64,000 nt of DNA from Minisyncoccia bacterium (GCA_044229265.1 JBGATK010000004.1:252-64251); one strand, 5' to 3'; counted from the stretch's first letter, positions 40,426 to 50,586 are shown. A program made the numbers and translations. The notes: generated by a model not told the origin, from the sequence alone.

Positions 40426-41259
40426 ATGAAATACATAGACATACATAGTCATGTGAACTTTAGTGCCTTTGATGAGGATAGGGAGGCAGTAATGGCTCGC
40501 GCGAGTGAGGCTGGAGTAATAGTTATAAATGTCGGAACGCAGATAGATACTTCACGGAAGGCTGTCGAGATGGCGCATGAATATTCCGATACTTATGCTA
40601 TCATCGGCCTACATCCTATACACACAGACGCTTCGTATCATGATGAAAAAGAACTGGGAGTTGGTGGAGCGGAATTTACTTCACGAGGAGAAGATTTTGA
40701 CAAACAAGCTTATCGCGAACTTTTAAAAAATCCAAAGGTTGTGGGCATAGGGGAATGTGGGCTCGATTATTACAGATGTACTTTTGAAAGTGCGGAAAAG
40801 CAAAAGAAAGCTTTCATCGAGCAAATAGAACTTGCTAATGAATTTAATAAACCTCTGATGCTTCATATACGAAATAATCCTAAAGACAACTATTTGAATG
40901 CGTATCATGATGCACTAGAAATTTTGAAAAAACATTCACAAGTAAAGGGTGATGTGCACTTTTTCGCTGGAACGATAGAAGATGCAAAAGCTTTTGTCGA
41001 TTTTGGTTTTACTATTTCTTTTACCGGTGTTATTACTTTTACTACAGATTATTCTGGTATCATAAATAATATTCCTCTAGAAATGATAATGACCGAGACA
41101 GATAGCCCCTATGTATCCCCAGCACCTTTTCGTGGGAAAAGAAATGAGCCTATACATGTAAGGGAAGTCGTGAAAAAAATAGCTGAAATAAAGGGCCTGC
41201 CTGAGGATGAAGTCGCAAAGCAAATAATGCAAAATGCCAAAAGGGTTTTTGGTATATAA
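40426..41259 (+). CDS. tatD: TatD family hydrolase
   Basis: IDIHSH, GLHP, IGECGLDYY, ETDSPY, RNEP. Confidence 0.93.
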   Translation: MKYIDIHSHVNFSAFDEDREAVMARASEAGVIVINVGTQIDTSRKAVEMAHEYSDTYAIIGLHPIHTDASYHDEKELGVGGAEFTSRGEDFDKQAYRELLKNPKVVGIGECGLDYYRCTFESAEKQKKAFIEQIELANEFNKPLMLHIRNNPKDNYLNAYHDALEILKKHSQVKGDVHFFAGTIEDAKAFVDFGFTISFTGVITFTTDYSGIINNIPLEMIMTETDSPYVSPAPFRGKRNEPIHVREVVKKIAEIKGLPEDEVAKQIMQNAKRVFGI

Positions 41260-41280
41260 ATTTATAGTATAATATAAATT

Positions 41281-41415
41281 ATGGATAAAAATACGAAAAT
41301 TTTACTTTTAATAATATTTGTAATGATAATTTGTTCTGTGTTCTTAACTTATAAACGCGCTTTTGTAGACAGGGATTTTGAAATTACAAATAGTTATAAT
41401 TCTTCTAAAGAATAA
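41281..41415 (+). CDS. Small single-TM protein (44 aa, not in ORF track)
   Basis: MDKNTKILLLIIFVMIICSVFLTYKRAFVDRDFEI...; TATAAT-N7-ATG upstream. Confidence 0.6.
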   Translation: MDKNTKILLLIIFVMIICSVFLTYKRAFVDRDFEITNSYNSSKE

Positions 41416-41420
41416 TTTTT

Positions 41421-42347
41421 ATGACACACTGGTTTTTTATCGCATTGGTAGGTCCTGTTTTATGGGCATTAGTTAACCATATTGATAAATATATGCTCCA
41501 TAAATATTTTAGGAGTAGTGGAGTATATACACTAATGATTTTTTCTTGTATATCTTCTGTATTAGTTATGCCTGTAGCTTTTTTTGTTAACAAAAACATT
41601 TTCTTAGTAGATATATATAATATTCTTTTTTTATTTTTACTTGGATTGCTCAGCGCAGTAGCTTTTTTTTATTATTTGAAAGCAGTCGAACTTGAAGAAA
41701 TATCAATAGTAATACCATTGTTCCAATTACTTCCAGTTTTTTCCTATTTTTTAGCTTATTTTATATTAGGAGAATCCTTATCCATTCCTCAAGTACTATC
41801 AGCTTTTATAATTATGCTTGGCGCTTTTATGCTTTCTCTTGAAATAGATATAGATCATTCAATAATTTTTAAAAAAAGAGCTTTAGCGTTGGTCGCCCTC
41901 TCGTCCATATGTTTTGCATTTAATGATGTTTTATTTAAAAAAATTGCACTACAAGAGAGTTTTTGGGCATCGGTTTTTTGGCAATACGCAGGTCTTTTTG
42001 TTTTTGGAATATTTGTAATTATTTTTTCAAAAAAAGGACGAAAAAGTTTTTATGAAATTATTCATCATAAGGATTACAAAATCTTTTCGTTAAATATTTT
42101 GAGTGAAATTTTGTATATGACGGGTAATTTAGCTAGTGCTTTTGCTACGTTGCTTGCCCCTGTAGTATTAGTACTTATCGTTGGTAGTTATCAACCTTTG
42201 TTTGTGTTTATTGGTGCTGTAATTATGACTATGCTTTTACCTAAAATAGTAACTGAAAGAGTATCAAAAGGTCATGTGATTCATAGAATTCTTTGTATAA
42301 TTATTATTGCAATAGGTAGTTATTTTCTATATACATCTTCCTATTAG
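41421..42347 (+). CDS. EamA/DMT family transporter
   Basis: About 10 TMs, ILGESLS, two-repeat layout. Confidence 0.8.
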   Translation: MTHWFFIALVGPVLWALVNHIDKYMLHKYFRSSGVYTLMIFSCISSVLVMPVAFFVNKNIFLVDIYNILFLFLLGLLSAVAFFYYLKAVELEEISIVIPLFQLLPVFSYFLAYFILGESLSIPQVLSAFIIMLGAFMLSLEIDIDHSIIFKKRALALVALSSICFAFNDVLFKKIALQESFWASVFWQYAGLFVFGIFVIIFSKKGRKSFYEIIHHKDYKIFSLNILSEILYMTGNLASAFATLLAPVVLVLIVGSYQPLFVFIGAVIMTMLLPKIVTERVSKGHVIHRILCIIIIAIGSYFLYTSSY

Positions 42348-42373
42348 TAAATTATTATTTTATAATATAAGTT

Positions 42374-44002
42374 ATGGAATTATGTCCGTGGGAAAGTGCA
42401 CAATATTTTGTTTATTCTAGCAATATACCAGCTTTATTTTTCTATTCTCATATACCAGCTATTATTGCAGCTCTTGTTGCAGGTTTTATTGTTTATTATA
42501 AAAGTGGTGGAAGTAAAATGGGTAAAATATTACTTGCGATAACTTTGCTTTTTTCAACATGGACATTTATCGATTTGATTCTTTGGGCTACTAATAGGCC
42601 TGATGTAGTTATATTCTTTTGGTCATTGCAAGTTTTAATAGAACCAATTATTTTTGCTTTAAGTTTTTATTTAGTTTTTTATTTTATAAAAAATAAAGAT
42701 TTTTCTTTTTGGCAATTATTTTTTATAATATTGCCAGTTTTACCACTTATTTTTTTACTCAATACAGAATTAAATTTAATTGGTGTAGATATTTATGATT
42801 GTAATGCCATAGAAGGTTTTTTGGCTCAGTATTATAGTTATATTTTAGAAATTTTTTTTATAGGTTTAATATTTATATTTAGCATTGTAAATTATTCTAA
42901 AGAATTTTCTATAGAAAAAAAGAAAGAAATTCGTCTTTTTAGTATTGGTGTAGTTTTATTCTTATTAGCTTTTTCTTGGGGAAATACTATAGGTAGTATT
43001 GCCGACAATTGGGCTCTTGCCCAAGCAGGACTAATAGGTATGCCTATTTTCGTGGCATTTTTGTCTTATATTATTATTCGTTTTAAAACTTTTCATGTTA
43101 AGCTTCTCGGTGTGCAAGTTTTAGTAGGAGCGCTTATGTTTTTTATTGTAGCTACTTTATTTGTTCGAACTATTGCTCATATTAAGATAATTATCTTTGC
43201 CACTTTGGTTTTAGTTGCAATTTTGGGATATTACTTGATTTTATCTGTAAAGAAAGAAATAGAACAAAAAGAAAAGCTCATGGAGTTAAACATGGAACTA
43301 GAAAGTCTCATCACTCAACGCGAGAGCTTGATGCACCTTATTACGCACAAGGTTAAGGGGGCGTTTACTAGATCAAAATATATTTTCGCGGGTTTGCTTG
43401 ATGGTAGTTTTGGAGCAATAACCGAAGAAGTTCGTAAAATTTCTGATGCGGGACTCAAGTCCGACAATGCAGGTATTAACACTATCGATCTAATTTTAAA
43501 TGCTTCGAATTTGCAAAAAGGCACAGTAAAATTTGATGAAAAGGAAATAAATTTCAAAGATTTATTTAATCAGGTTTTTAATGAAAAGAAAAGTGTAGCT
43601 GAAATGAAGAATTTAAAACTAGAGCAAATTATAGAAGAGGGAGAATATGTGTTAAAGGGTGACCCAATGTGGATCAAAGAAGTGATAAATAATTTGGTTA
43701 GTAATGCAATTTCATATACTAAAGAAGGCGGAGCCACCATGTCGCTAGCACATGTAGATGGCGGGAAAATGATTTTTAAAGTAAAAGATACAGGAGTTGG
43801 TATTTCAGAGGAAGATAAGAAAGTTTTATTTACTGAAGGTGGCCGAGGTAAAGATTCCACGAAAGTAAATGTGGATTCTACTGGTTATGGACTATTTACA
43901 GTGAAGCTTGTCGCGGGGGGTCATGGTGGTAGAGTTTGGGCTGAAAGCGAAGGAGCAGGTAAAGGCTCGACTTTTTGTGTAGAATTACCACTTTCTTCAT
44001 AG
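42374..44002 (+). CDS. Sensor histidine kinase with multi-TM N-terminus
   Basis: H box LITHKVKG, N box NLVSNAISYT, DTGVGI, GYGL, GKGSTF. Confidence 0.9.
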   Translation: MELCPWESAQYFVYSSNIPALFFYSHIPAIIAALVAGFIVYYKSGGSKMGKILLAITLLFSTWTFIDLILWATNRPDVVIFFWSLQVLIEPIIFALSFYLVFYFIKNKDFSFWQLFFIILPVLPLIFLLNTELNLIGVDIYDCNAIEGFLAQYYSYILEIFFIGLIFIFSIVNYSKEFSIEKKKEIRLFSIGVVLFLLAFSWGNTIGSIADNWALAQAGLIGMPIFVAFLSYIIIRFKTFHVKLLGVQVLVGALMFFIVATLFVRTIAHIKIIIFATLVLVAILGYYLILSVKKEIEQKEKLMELNMELESLITQRESLMHLITHKVKGAFTRSKYIFAGLLDGSFGAITEEVRKISDAGLKSDNAGINTIDLILNASNLQKGTVKFDEKEINFKDLFNQVFNEKKSVAEMKNLKLEQIIEEGEYVLKGDPMWIKEVINNLVSNAISYTKEGGATMSLAHVDGGKMIFKVKDTGVGISEEDKKVLFTEGGRGKDSTKVNVDSTGYGLFTVKLVAGGHGGRVWAESEGAGKGSTFCVELPLSS

Positions 44003-44008
44003 CTCTTT

Positions 44009-44046
44009 ACCCCCACACCTATTTTTTGAAAAATAGGTGTGGGGGT
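44009..44046. repeat. Long perfect hairpin (REP-like or terminator)
   Basis: ACCCCCACACCTATTTTT-TG-AAAAATAGGTGTGGGGGT. Confidence 0.75.
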
Positions 44047-44080
44047 TTACTTTTGCTAATCTTTTTGCTATTATGCATTT

Positions 44081-44584
44081 ATGTCAAAAACAGTAAATAA
44101 AGAAGCATTAGTAGATGCAAACGACCAAAATGAGCCTAAAATATACGAAATAGGGTATCTTTTTGTGCCGACCTTGTCTGAAGAAGAATTACCAAAAGTT
44201 TATGGCGATTTAAAGGCTATGGTAGAAAGTGCAGGTGGTATAATGATTGCTGATGAAATGCCAAAGTTCATAAACCTAGCTTACCCAATGCTCAAAATCG
44301 TATCAAATGTGCGTAATCATTTCGATACTGCGTATTTTGGTTGGTTAAAATTTGAAATGTCTGCAGATAAAATAGGAGAAATAAAAAAACAATTAGATCT
44401 AGATATAAATACTATTCGTTTCCTTATCATAAAGACTGTCCGCGAAAATACTATTGCCCAAAAGAAATTTGTTCCTAGAGATACTGTTCGCAGAAAGATC
44501 GTAGCAAAAGATGAAGGAGCAGAGCCTGTAGAAATAAACAAAGAAGAAATCGATAAAGAGATCGATGCAATGATAGAAGCATAA
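44081..44584 (+). CDS. rpsF: 30S ribosomal protein S6
   Basis: YEIGYL, LAYP, IRFLIIK; rpsF-ssb-rpsR synteny. Confidence 0.85.
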   Translation: MSKTVNKEALVDANDQNEPKIYEIGYLFVPTLSEEELPKVYGDLKAMVESAGGIMIADEMPKFINLAYPMLKIVSNVRNHFDTAYFGWLKFEMSADKIGEIKKQLDLDINTIRFLIIKTVRENTIAQKKFVPRDTVRRKIVAKDEGAEPVEINKEEIDKEIDAMIEA

Positions 44585-44631
44585 TAAGTTTTTAGTTAAA
44601 AATAAAAGTTATTAAAAATTAAAATAAAATT

Positions 44632-45090
44632 ATGTATTTAAACAAAGCAATGATAATAGGGAACCTGACTCGTGATCCCGAAATGCGAGCTCTCCCAGGA
44701 GGAACAAAGGTATGTTCATTTTCAGTTGCTACAAATAGAGTTTGGAAAGATAAAAATGGAGGCCGGCAAGAGAGCGCTGATTATCACAATATAGTAGTAT
44801 TTGGTCGCCAAGCAGAAATAGTAGCGCAATACATGAAAAAAGGTAGCTCGATTTTAGCTGAAGGCCGTATGCAAACTAGGAGTTGGGATGATAAGAATTC
44901 TGGAGAAAAGAAATACCGTACTGAAATAGTTGCTGATAGAATACAATTTGGACCAAGAGCAGGTGGCGCAGGCGAGGGTTATCAAAAGAGCGGGGGAGCA
45001 CAGCCTTCTCAAGCCCCTCAAAATGAGGATCAAATGGATTCCGTCGAGTATCCCGAAGAAGATATAAACCCAGAAGATATACCTTTTTAA
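44632..45090 (+). CDS. ssb: Single-stranded DNA-binding protein
   Basis: LNKAMIIGNLTRDPE, EGRMQTRSW, C-terminal DIPF. Confidence 0.97.
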   Translation: MYLNKAMIIGNLTRDPEMRALPGGTKVCSFSVATNRVWKDKNGGRQESADYHNIVVFGRQAEIVAQYMKKGSSILAEGRMQTRSWDDKNSGEKKYRTEIVADRIQFGPRAGGAGEGYQKSGGAQPSQAPQNEDQMDSVEYPEEDINPEDIPF

Positions 45091-45121
45091 ATTATAAATT
45101 ATAAAATCAATACTAAATAAA

Positions 45122-45322
45122 ATGCGACAAGATTATTTTTCAGCAAACAATATAAAATTTATCGACTATAAAGATACAGAAATTTTGAAAAAGTTTCTAA
45201 ATCCAAATGGCAAGATAGTAAATCACAAGCGTACTGGTGTAACCAGCAAGAACCAACGCTCTCTAGCAGAGGCTGTAAAGAGAGCTCGCTTCCTAGGACT
45301 TCTTCCATTCGTAGCTAGATAA
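45122..45322 (+). CDS. rpsR: 30S ribosomal protein S18
   Basis: IDYKD, GKI, QR.LA.AVKRAR.LGLLPF. Confidence 0.95.
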   Translation: MRQDYFSANNIKFIDYKDTEILKKFLNPNGKIVNHKRTGVTSKNQRSLAEAVKRARFLGLLPFVAR

Positions 45323-45324
45323 TC

Positions 45325-45368
45325 ATACAAAATAAAAAACTCTCATATGAGAGTTTTTTATTTTGTAT
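45325..45368. terminator. Bidirectional terminator (perfect 44-bp palindrome)
   Basis: ATACAAAATAAAAAACTCTCAT/ATGAGAGTTTTTTATTTTGTAT between convergent rpsR and efp. Confidence 0.85.
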
Positions 45369-45371
45369 AGT

Positions 45372-45953
45372 TTAAGCTCTTTCTACGTATTCTCCAGTTT
45401 CAGTATTTATTATTACATTATCACCTTCGTTTATGAACATTGGAGTGGTGATAGAAGTACCATTTTCGAGTGTTATGTATTTATTTCCACCCTTACTAGT
45501 ATCGCCACGCACAGCAGGTGGGGCTTCTTTTACCTTAAAAGTCATTTTAATAGGGAGTTTTAAACCTATAGTTTTTTCTTCGCCATCATTGTCCCATATC
45601 AGTGCTGTAGCATTTTCATTTTCTTTTAGGAATTTTTTTGTAGCATCTTCTAGGATATTTGCATCAATCTTGAATCTATCACTTTTATTATTTGGATCGC
45701 AAAACCAATATTCCTGTCCTTTTTGGTATAGGAACATGACTTCTCGTTTTTCTATTTCTGCTTCGTCTGCCATATCGGATACATGAAATGTAGCCGCTAT
45801 GGTCTTACCAGATATAAGGCTTTTTAGCTTTACTTGGTTTTGAGGTTTGCGTTGTTGGGTGCGAGCGACATGGCTCTCCACTACTTCGCAAGGTTCATCA
45901 TCATGAATAATTATTTTCTTCTCTCGAATTTCACTATATTCTAGTTTTGCCAT
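45372..45953 (-). CDS. efp: Elongation factor P
   Basis: PPAVRGDT, LENG, PMFINEGD, NTETGEYVER. Confidence 0.9.
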   Translation of the reverse strand: MAKLEYSEIREKKIIIHDDEPCEVVESHVARTQQRKPQNQVKLKSLISGKTIAATFHVSDMADEAEIEKREVMFLYQKGQEYWFCDPNNKSDRFKIDANILEDATKKFLKENENATALIWDNDGEEKTIGLKLPIKMTFKVKEAPPAVRGDTSKGGNKYITLENGTSITTPMFINEGDNVIINTETGEYVERA

Positions 45954-45978
45954 GTTTTTATCTTAGCAGAAAATTTTT

Positions 45979-47034
45979 TTATTTCAACTCTTCTTTAAAT
46001 TTCTTCTTTATCTCTTTTAGAGCCTCAGAACTTATTTTTGGATTTTCTTTGAGGAATGTGCGAGTATTGTCGTATCCTACACCCAATTTGACCTTATCCT
46101 TAGCAACGCCTTCTGGTATATAAAAGTATGAATTACCAGATTTTTCGATAACTTTAAATTTTTCACCGAGAGCCATGATTTCACCCTCTTTGCTAATACC
46201 TTCACCGTAGATAATGTCGAACTCTGTTTGGGTAAACGGGGCAGCGACTTTGTTTTTCACTATTTTCACACGTGTTCGAGATCCCACATTTTCTTCACCT
46301 TTTTTAATTTGCGCAATTTTACGTATATCGAGACGCACAGAAGTATAGAATTTGAGGGCTTTACCTCCTGGTGTAGTTTCAGGATTACCAAACATTACTC
46401 CTATTTGCATACGGATTTGGTTAATAAATATAACTACTGTCTTGCTTCGAGATACGATAGCTGTGAGTTTGCGGAGTGCTTGCGACATGAGGCGAGCTTG
46501 TTTACCCACATGGTACGCACCCATATCTCCCTCTATTTCATCTTTTGGAGTAAGTGCTGCTACAGAGTCGATAACAATGACGTCTATCTTTCCAGTTCGG
46601 ACTAAACTCTCGACGATTTCGAGGGCTTGTTCACCATTGTCAGGTTGAGAAATGAGTAAATTATTTATATCTACGCCGAGTTTTTTTGTATATTCAGGAT
46701 CCATTGCGTGTTCAGCATCTATGTATGCACATACTCCGCCTTTCTTTTGAGCTTCAGCTACAATGTGTAGGGAAAGGGTGGTCTTACCAGAGGATTCCGG
46801 TCCAAAGATTTCTATAATGCGTCCACGAGGTATACCTCCGACGCCGAGAGCCATGTCGAGGCCGATGGAGCCAGTGGGTATGACATTGATGTCTACTTTT
46901 GGCGAATCACCGAATTTCATGATGGAACCTTCACCAAATTTTGTCTGTATAGACTTCAGCGTATTCTCGAGTATCGTGGTGTCTTCTTTTTCTCCTATTA
47001 TCTTGTCTGCCTTTTTCTCTTTTTTCTTTTGCAT
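45979..47034 (-). CDS. recA: Recombinase A
   Basis: [34 protein letters not shown]. Confidence 0.98.
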   Translation of the reverse strand: MQKKKEKKADKIIGEKEDTTILENTLKSIQTKFGEGSIMKFGDSPKVDINVIPTGSIGLDMALGVGGIPRGRIIEIFGPESSGKTTLSLHIVAEAQKKGGVCAYIDAEHAMDPEYTKKLGVDINNLLISQPDNGEQALEIVESLVRTGKIDVIVIDSVAALTPKDEIEGDMGAYHVGKQARLMSQALRKLTAIVSRSKTVVIFINQIRMQIGVMFGNPETTPGGKALKFYTSVRLDIRKIAQIKKGEENVGSRTRVKIVKNKVAAPFTQTEFDIIYGEGISKEGEIMALGEKFKVIEKSGNSYFYIPEGVAKDKVKLGVGYDNTRTFLKENPKISSEALKEIKKKFKEELK

Positions 47035-47035
47035 A

Positions 47036-47386
47036 TTAGTTTTTGTAAATTATCTTGTAATCTTTTTTGTCGCTATTGCCAAATTTATCTTTAGCTTCGA
47101 GCGTAATTATATTATAACCTAGAGATAGGGCAATTGTCTCTTTGAAATTACCATTTTCATCTATCGCAATTTCATTGCTATTTAAGGCTAAATTTATAGC
47201 ATTTTTAGCATTTCCAGATACATTTATTATTTCTTCATTATAACTTTCACCATCTTTGATATTTACGTCTTTTATCTGTATTCCAAATAGGATGTTTTTT
47301 GAAACAAACAATACATCAACAAAAATAAAAACGAAAAAACCGATCACTATCCATATGCTCATTATTTTTTTCTGATCTTTTCGCAT
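47036..47386 (-). CDS. Small membrane-anchored Ig-like protein
   Basis: TM followed by [26 protein letters not shown]. Confidence 0.7.
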   Translation of the reverse strand: MRKDQKKIMSIWIVIGFFVFIFVDVLFVSKNILFGIQIKDVNIKDGESYNEEIINVSGNAKNAINLALNSNEIAIDENGNFKETIALSLGYNIITLEAKDKFGNSDKKDYKIIYKN

Positions 47387-47402
47387 TTTTGTATTTTTTT
47401 AT

Positions 47403-49604
47403 TTATTCAATCTGATTATTTCCTGTCTCATCTCGTTCTATTTTTTCTAGAATTGTTCTTTCTCGTGAGCCATCTTTTGGTCCAATCACTCCTCTCTCCT
47501 CGAGCATGTCTATCAAGCGTGCTGCCCGGGAGTACCCTAGGCGTAGTTTTCTTTGCAAATATGAAGTACTTGCTTTACCATCAGCAATTACTATTTGTCT
47601 TGCTTCTTCGTATAGTTCATCTTCGTCTCCACTGTCTAGGTTTGATTCAAAAATACTTTTATCTGCTGATATGCTACCACTATCTAGGTTGATTTCATCT
47701 TGAATTTCATCTTTAAAAGAATCATACAAGTATTTTACTACTGATTTCACTTCACTTTCAGAAATAAAAGCACTTTGTAAGCGTTCCGGGGAAGATTCTC
47801 CTGAAGAATATAGCATATCTCCAGCACCGAGTAGCTTTTCTGCGCCACCAGCGTCTAGTATAGTGCGAGAGTCTATTTGACTCGAAACCTTTAGAGCTAC
47901 GCGTGCCGGAATGTTTGCTTTAATAAGACCAGTTATGACATTTACTTCAGGACGTTGGGTAGATAGTATAAGGTGTATGCCTACTGCACGAGACATTTGA
48001 GCGAGGCGCACAATGCCAGCTTCTAGTTCTCGAGGATATGAAGTCATAATATCTGCAAGTTCATCGATAATAATTACGATAAATGGCATAGGATCAGGAC
48101 CGACTTCTTCTTCTGTGCCATCAGCTCTGGTTTTAGTATTCTTAACATTTTTTGCAACAATATTTGTGTGATAGCTTTGTATATCACGAACACTTTCGCT
48201 CTCGAGTATGTCATAACGTCGTTCCATTTCTTTGGCTGCCCATTTTAAAGCAAGGATACATTTTTTAGCATCTGTAATTACAGGAGTCAGGAGGTGAGGA
48301 ATATTTTTATATAAAGTTAGTTCCACTCTTTTTGGGTCGACAAAAATGAATTTTAATTCTTCTGGTCCGTTGCGATAAAGGAGGGAAGTAATGATAGTAT
48401 GTATGGTCACTGATTTACCAGAACCAGTAGTACCGGCAACCAGAGCATGAGGCATTTTAGCCAAATTACCAAATACAGCTTTCCCTGAGATAGATCGTCC
48501 GAGGGCTACAGTTAGTGGTTTATCAGAAGCGTTAAATTTATTGTCTGCGAGAAGTGTGCCAAGGCCGACAGTTGATTTACTTTTATTTGGAATTTCTATA
48601 CCCACTAGTGATTTGCCAGGTATAGGAGCTTCTATACGTATAGGGTGAGCAGCTAAGGCTAGAGCTAGGTCATTTTGAAGAGTGATTATACGTGATAATT
48701 TTACACCTTCAGCTGGTTTTAAGGCGTATCTAGTTACTGTAGGTCCTACTGTTATTTCATCCATCTCTACTTCTATGCCAAAGTTTGATAGCGTGCGTTT
48801 AATAATAGCGCCGTTTTCTTTTATATCGCCAGTATTTGGTTTGCCTTTGTCTACTTCGAGTAGTGATAGAGGTGGGGGGACATAAGCTGAAGCAGATACG
48901 CTCTTTCTTTTTTTAATAGGCATTTCATCTTCTTCCTCCTTCCCGACGCTTTGTTTTGCAAAGGTCGGGACCCCGCCGACCCCTTTGGGCGTCGGGGCTT
49001 CCTCGTCTTCAATATCTTTTTCCTCTTCTTCAGTTTCTTCATAATCTTCATCTTCATCAATTTCGACTTTTTGGCGCGAGAATAAATTTTTGATTCTTTG
49101 CCAAAAAGTTAGTAGATCAGGTCTTGCATCAAATAGTACTAATATAGAGATAATTAAAAATGCTCCGAGAAACATTATGCTCGCATAAACATCAAAAAGT
49201 GAAATCAGTGGTTTTGAAAAAATTCCTCCGAGAAGCCCACCAGATTCTGTGCCGAGTGCTATGCTTATGAGTCCGAGTCCAGAAGCTAAAAATACAGCTC
49301 CGCTTATTGCACGCAAGCCACCAATATTTGGCCGTTCAGATTTTATAAATGAAATACCTAAAAGTAAAAATAAAACAGGTAATAGAGTATAACCCACACC
49401 TAGTAAATAATAAAATATTTTATAGAAAAATTTTCCAGCCGTTCCGCCTGCATCAAAAGATGCCATAAATAAAAACAATGCTAAAACAAAAAAAACTATC
49501 GCCCATATTGTATGCATGGTTTCAGTTTTTAGTTTTGGTATTGTTTCTTTTTTTTCTTTCACAAATTTTTTATTTTTCTTTTCTATCTTTTTTTCTTTTG
49601 CCAT
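47403..49604 (-). CDS. ftsK: DNA translocase FtsK/SpoIIIE
   Basis: N-terminal TMs, AGTTGSGKS, DPKRVEL, IDELAD, TQRP, gamma domain LQRKLRLGYSRAARL. Confidence 0.96.
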   Translation of the reverse strand: MAKEKKIEKKNKKFVKEKKETIPKLKTETMHTIWAIVFFVLALFLFMASFDAGGTAGKFFYKIFYYLLGVGYTLLPVLFLLLGISFIKSERPNIGGLRAISGAVFLASGLGLISIALGTESGGLLGGIFSKPLISLFDVYASIMFLGAFLIISILVLFDARPDLLTFWQRIKNLFSRQKVEIDEDEDYEETEEEEKDIEDEEAPTPKGVGGVPTFAKQSVGKEEEDEMPIKKRKSVSASAYVPPPLSLLEVDKGKPNTGDIKENGAIIKRTLSNFGIEVEMDEITVGPTVTRYALKPAEGVKLSRIITLQNDLALALAAHPIRIEAPIPGKSLVGIEIPNKSKSTVGLGTLLADNKFNASDKPLTVALGRSISGKAVFGNLAKMPHALVAGTTGSGKSVTIHTIITSLLYRNGPEELKFIFVDPKRVELTLYKNIPHLLTPVITDAKKCILALKWAAKEMERRYDILESESVRDIQSYHTNIVAKNVKNTKTRADGTEEEVGPDPMPFIVIIIDELADIMTSYPRELEAGIVRLAQMSRAVGIHLILSTQRPEVNVITGLIKANIPARVALKVSSQIDSRTILDAGGAEKLLGAGDMLYSSGESSPERLQSAFISESEVKSVVKYLYDSFKDEIQDEINLDSGSISADKSIFESNLDSGDEDELYEEARQIVIADGKASTSYLQRKLRLGYSRAARLIDMLEERGVIGPKDGSRERTILEKIERDETGNNQIE
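48941..48998. repeat. Double CCGAC/GTCGG hairpin element in-frame in the ftsK linker
   Basis: TCCCGAC..GTCGGGA followed by CCGAC-CCC-TTT-GGG-C-GTCGG; encodes APTPKGVGGVPTFAKQSVG. Confidence 0.7.
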
Positions 49605-49712
49605 CTATATATTTTAACATATTTTTAAAATAAAATTATATTGTTTATTTTTATTACGATACCCACCCCATATTGGACTTGCAATAAGTAGATGGGCAAG
49701 TATAATGGACGT

Positions 49713-50510
49713 ATGCAAAATGATGGAAAGAATCAAAAAGACACTTTCAAAGACACCCATCTCTCTCTAAAAGACAGCCTTTTTTCTATCTCGTATTCTA
49801 AGACCAATAAGCTCTTAACTGCTTTATATATGGTTACAGAGATAATTGATAAAAATGAACCAATCAGACACAAGCTCAGGTCTCTTGCTACAGATCTCTT
49901 GTCGGACACTTTAGCTACACAGTTCAACTCTAGGACAAATGTCCTAATGGACATAAATAAAAAGATAACTGAAATTATGTCTTTTATGGATATTGCCTCT
50001 ACTATTGGAATGATTTCGGAGATGAATAATCGCATACTAAAAAATGAATTCATGGTGCTAAAAAAATCTTTAAATTTAGAAGAAAATTCTGTTTGGCTGG
50101 AAGAGTTTTTAGCTGAAAATACTTCTATTGGACACGATACTATGTCCGATAGAAGTCCAATAAGAATAGGTGTCCAAAAAGGAGATGGCCTATTAACTGC
50201 ACTCAGAAAAATAGATAAAAATCATATGTCCGATACGAAAAAAGATCATCAAATCAAGCCTGAAAATAAAAAGGAATCTTTTGATAAACTAAAACTTGAA
50301 CGTCGCTACGAAATAATGTCCGTTATTCAGAATTATCCAAACGGTGCTACCATCTCAGACATTCGTTCCAAAGGACAAGGAATTCTCAAAGAAATCGGTG
50401 AAAAAACTTTGCAAAGAGAATTAGTAGCTATGACCATGGATGGAGTTTTGAAACGAGAAGGAGAGAAACGTTGGTCCAAGTATAGCATCATTCCTACTCC
50501 TAAAAGATAG
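49713..50510 (+). CDS. Helical N-domain plus C-terminal winged-helix (DeoR-like) DNA-binding protein
   Basis: C-terminal ATISDI..GEKTLQRELVAM..GVLKREGEKRWSKY; start at TATAAT-N6-ATG. Confidence 0.75.
   Translation: MQNDGKNQKDTFKDTHLSLKDSLFSISYSKTNKLLTALYMVTEIIDKNEPIRHKLRSLATDLLSDTLATQFNSRTNVLMDINKKITEIMSFMDIASTIGMISEMNNRILKNEFMVLKKSLNLEENSVWLEEFLAENTSIGHDTMSDRSPIRIGVQKGDGLLTALRKIDKNHMSDTKKDHQIKPENKKESFDKLKLERRYEIMSVIQNYPNGATISDIRSKGQGILKEIGEKTLQRELVAMTMDGVLKREGEKRWSKYSIIPTPKR
49739..50377. repeat. Dispersed array of 16 TGTCYNW motifs inside the wHTH gene
   Basis: RGACA or TGTCY cores at 49739, 49751, 49772, 49866, 49904, 49933, 49940, 49949, 49978, 50130, 50143, 50171, 50227, 50317, 50357, 50373. 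Confidence 0.7.
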
Positions 50511-50586
50511 TTGCTTTTTGCCTATATTTATGATAAGATACTCTTGTGGTTATTGGGCTTTTTGCACCAGTTTTCCACATAATATA

